Shown piece after piece: positions 62,983-64,000 of a DNA stretch of 64,000 nt (positions within the stretch are counted from its first letter, which is position 1; each line of letters starts with the position of its first letter). The notes beneath the pieces were generated by a model that had not been told where the DNA came from, made no database searches, and worked only from the letters and a program-made list of their open reading frames with translations. The translations under genes and the position numbers were made by a program. Origin of the DNA: Myxococcota bacterium (GTDB lineage Bacteria; Myxococcota_A; UBA9160; PR03); assembly GCA_041611735.1 (NCBI GenBank), contig JBFIML010000008.1:32001-96000 (forward strand), read 5' to 3'.

Positions 62983-63540
62983 GTGGAGAGCGACGCCGCC
63001 CGCCGCGAGCTGCTCGAGCTGATCCTGCGCGTTTCCTTCCGGCGCGAGCGGGTCGTGCTCGCCAGCGGCCGCGAGAGCGACTTCTATCTGGACCTGCGCC
63101 AGACCTTGATGCGGCCCCGGGGGCTACGCCTGGCCGGGCGCCTGGTGCTGGAGCGCCTGGCTTCCGGCCCCCGGGTGGACGCCGTGGGGGGCATGGCCGT
63201 GGGGGCGGTGCCCCTGGTGGCGGCGGTGCTGGCCGCCGCGGCGGAGCGGGAGCCACAGACGGGCCTGCTGGGCTTCTTCGTCCGCAGGGAGGCCAAGCCA
63301 CACGGGCTCCGGCGCCGCCTGGAGGGAGCCTTCGCGCCCGGCCAGAGCGTGGCCCTGCTGGAGGACGTGGTGACCACCGGCGCCTCCACCCTGGAGGCGG
63401 CCGCGGCGGTGGAGGCCGAGGGCGGCAAGGTGACGCGGGTAGTGGGCCTGGTGGACCGGGGCGAGGGCGCCGAGCAGGCCTTCGCGGCCCGGGGACTGTG
63501 CCTGGAGACGCTCTTCAGCCGCGCCGACCTGCCCGTCTGA
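62983..63540 (+). CDS. pyrE: Orotate phosphoribosyltransferase
   Basis: LASGRESDFYLD, VRREAKPHG, LEDVVTTGAS. Confidence 0.92.
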   Translation: MESDAARRELLELILRVSFRRERVVLASGRESDFYLDLRQTLMRPRGLRLAGRLVLERLASGPRVDAVGGMAVGAVPLVAAVLAAAAEREPQTGLLGFFVRREAKPHGLRRRLEGAFAPGQSVALLEDVVTTGASTLEAAAAVEAEGGKVTRVVGLVDRGEGAEQAFAARGLCLETLFSRADLPV

Positions 63541-63593
63541 CTGAGCCGACGACGAGGCGTGCGGGGTACTCCCGCGCAGCAAGGAGAAGCGAG

Positions 63594-64000
63594 ATGAGCC
63601 TGAACCTGGCCTCCATCCTGATGGCTGCAGCCCGCGACCACGCCGACCGGCCGGCCGTGCGCTGGAACGAGCTGGTCCTCACCCATGCGAAGCTCGACCG
63701 CGCCGCGCGCGGCGTCGCCACCGCCCTGCGCGACCGCGGCCTCCAGCCCGGCGACCGGGTGGCGCTGCTGGTGCCGAACGTGCCCGAGTTCCCGATCGCC
63801 TACTTCGGGGCCCTGTACGCGGGCTGCAGCGTGGTGCCCATCAACGTGCTGGCCTCGGGTCCGGAGGTGGACTACTTCCTGCGCGACTCCGAAGCGCGGC
63901 TGCTGGTGGCCCATCCGTTCTTCGAGAAGCCCGCCCGCGCCGGGGCCGAGAAGGCCGGCGTCCCGCTGGTCTGGTCGAGCGGCGATGCCGCGCCTCCCGA
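63594..64000 (+). CDS. Long-chain acyl-CoA ligase, N-terminal part (runs off window)
   Basis: AAGGAG RBS; MSLNLASIL..PGDRVALLVPNVPEFPIAYFGALYAG..VPINVL. Confidence 0.85.
   Translation, partial: MSLNLASILMAAARDHADRPAVRWNELVLTHAKLDRAARGVATALRDRGLQPGDRVALLVPNVPEFPIAYFGALYAGCSVVPINVLASGPEVDYFLRDSEARLLVAHPFFEKPARAGAEKAGVPLVWSSGDAAPP

Overview
Very GC-rich bacterial chromosome segment. TolC/CusCBA, SurA and DUF1329 envelope proteins indicate a diderm; a Myxococcota/deltaproteobacterial origin is my inference. Left part: uvrA (partial), surA-like, mfd, dodecin, a cus-type Cu/Ag RND efflux operon preceded by a Cys-rich small ORF, an LLM oxidoreductase, two glycosyltransferases, a phosphodiesterase, an IDH-family enzyme, an orphan rplC with rlmE, and rimO. 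Centre (about 26-52.8 kb): an actinobacterial-style steroid side-chain degradation cluster (KstR-like TetR, split DUF35/OB-fold pair, ltp4/ltp3, fadD19, fadE26/27, hsd4A-like, fadA5, ltp2, chsH1/chsH2, fadE28/29, echA19, CYP125-like P450, ferredoxin) with three KstR-type operators, interrupted by unrelated genes (SGNH, DUF2207, lemA, SMUG1-type UDG). Right part: a phosphoesterase, rnhA, ychF, a two-gene secreted-protein islet (M64-like metallopeptidase plus DUF4384-like protein), tgt, a 42-aa basic ORF, an acyl-CoA dehydrogenase, pyrE and a partial acyl-CoA ligase. The most striking unexplained features are four 76-91 bp inverted-repeat elements whose arms supply the stop codons of five genes, the KstR regulon in a diderm, rlmE lacking a canonical start behind an orphan rplC, and a 3x44 bp tandem repeat. 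All family assignments come from motif recognition by eye; no searches were run.
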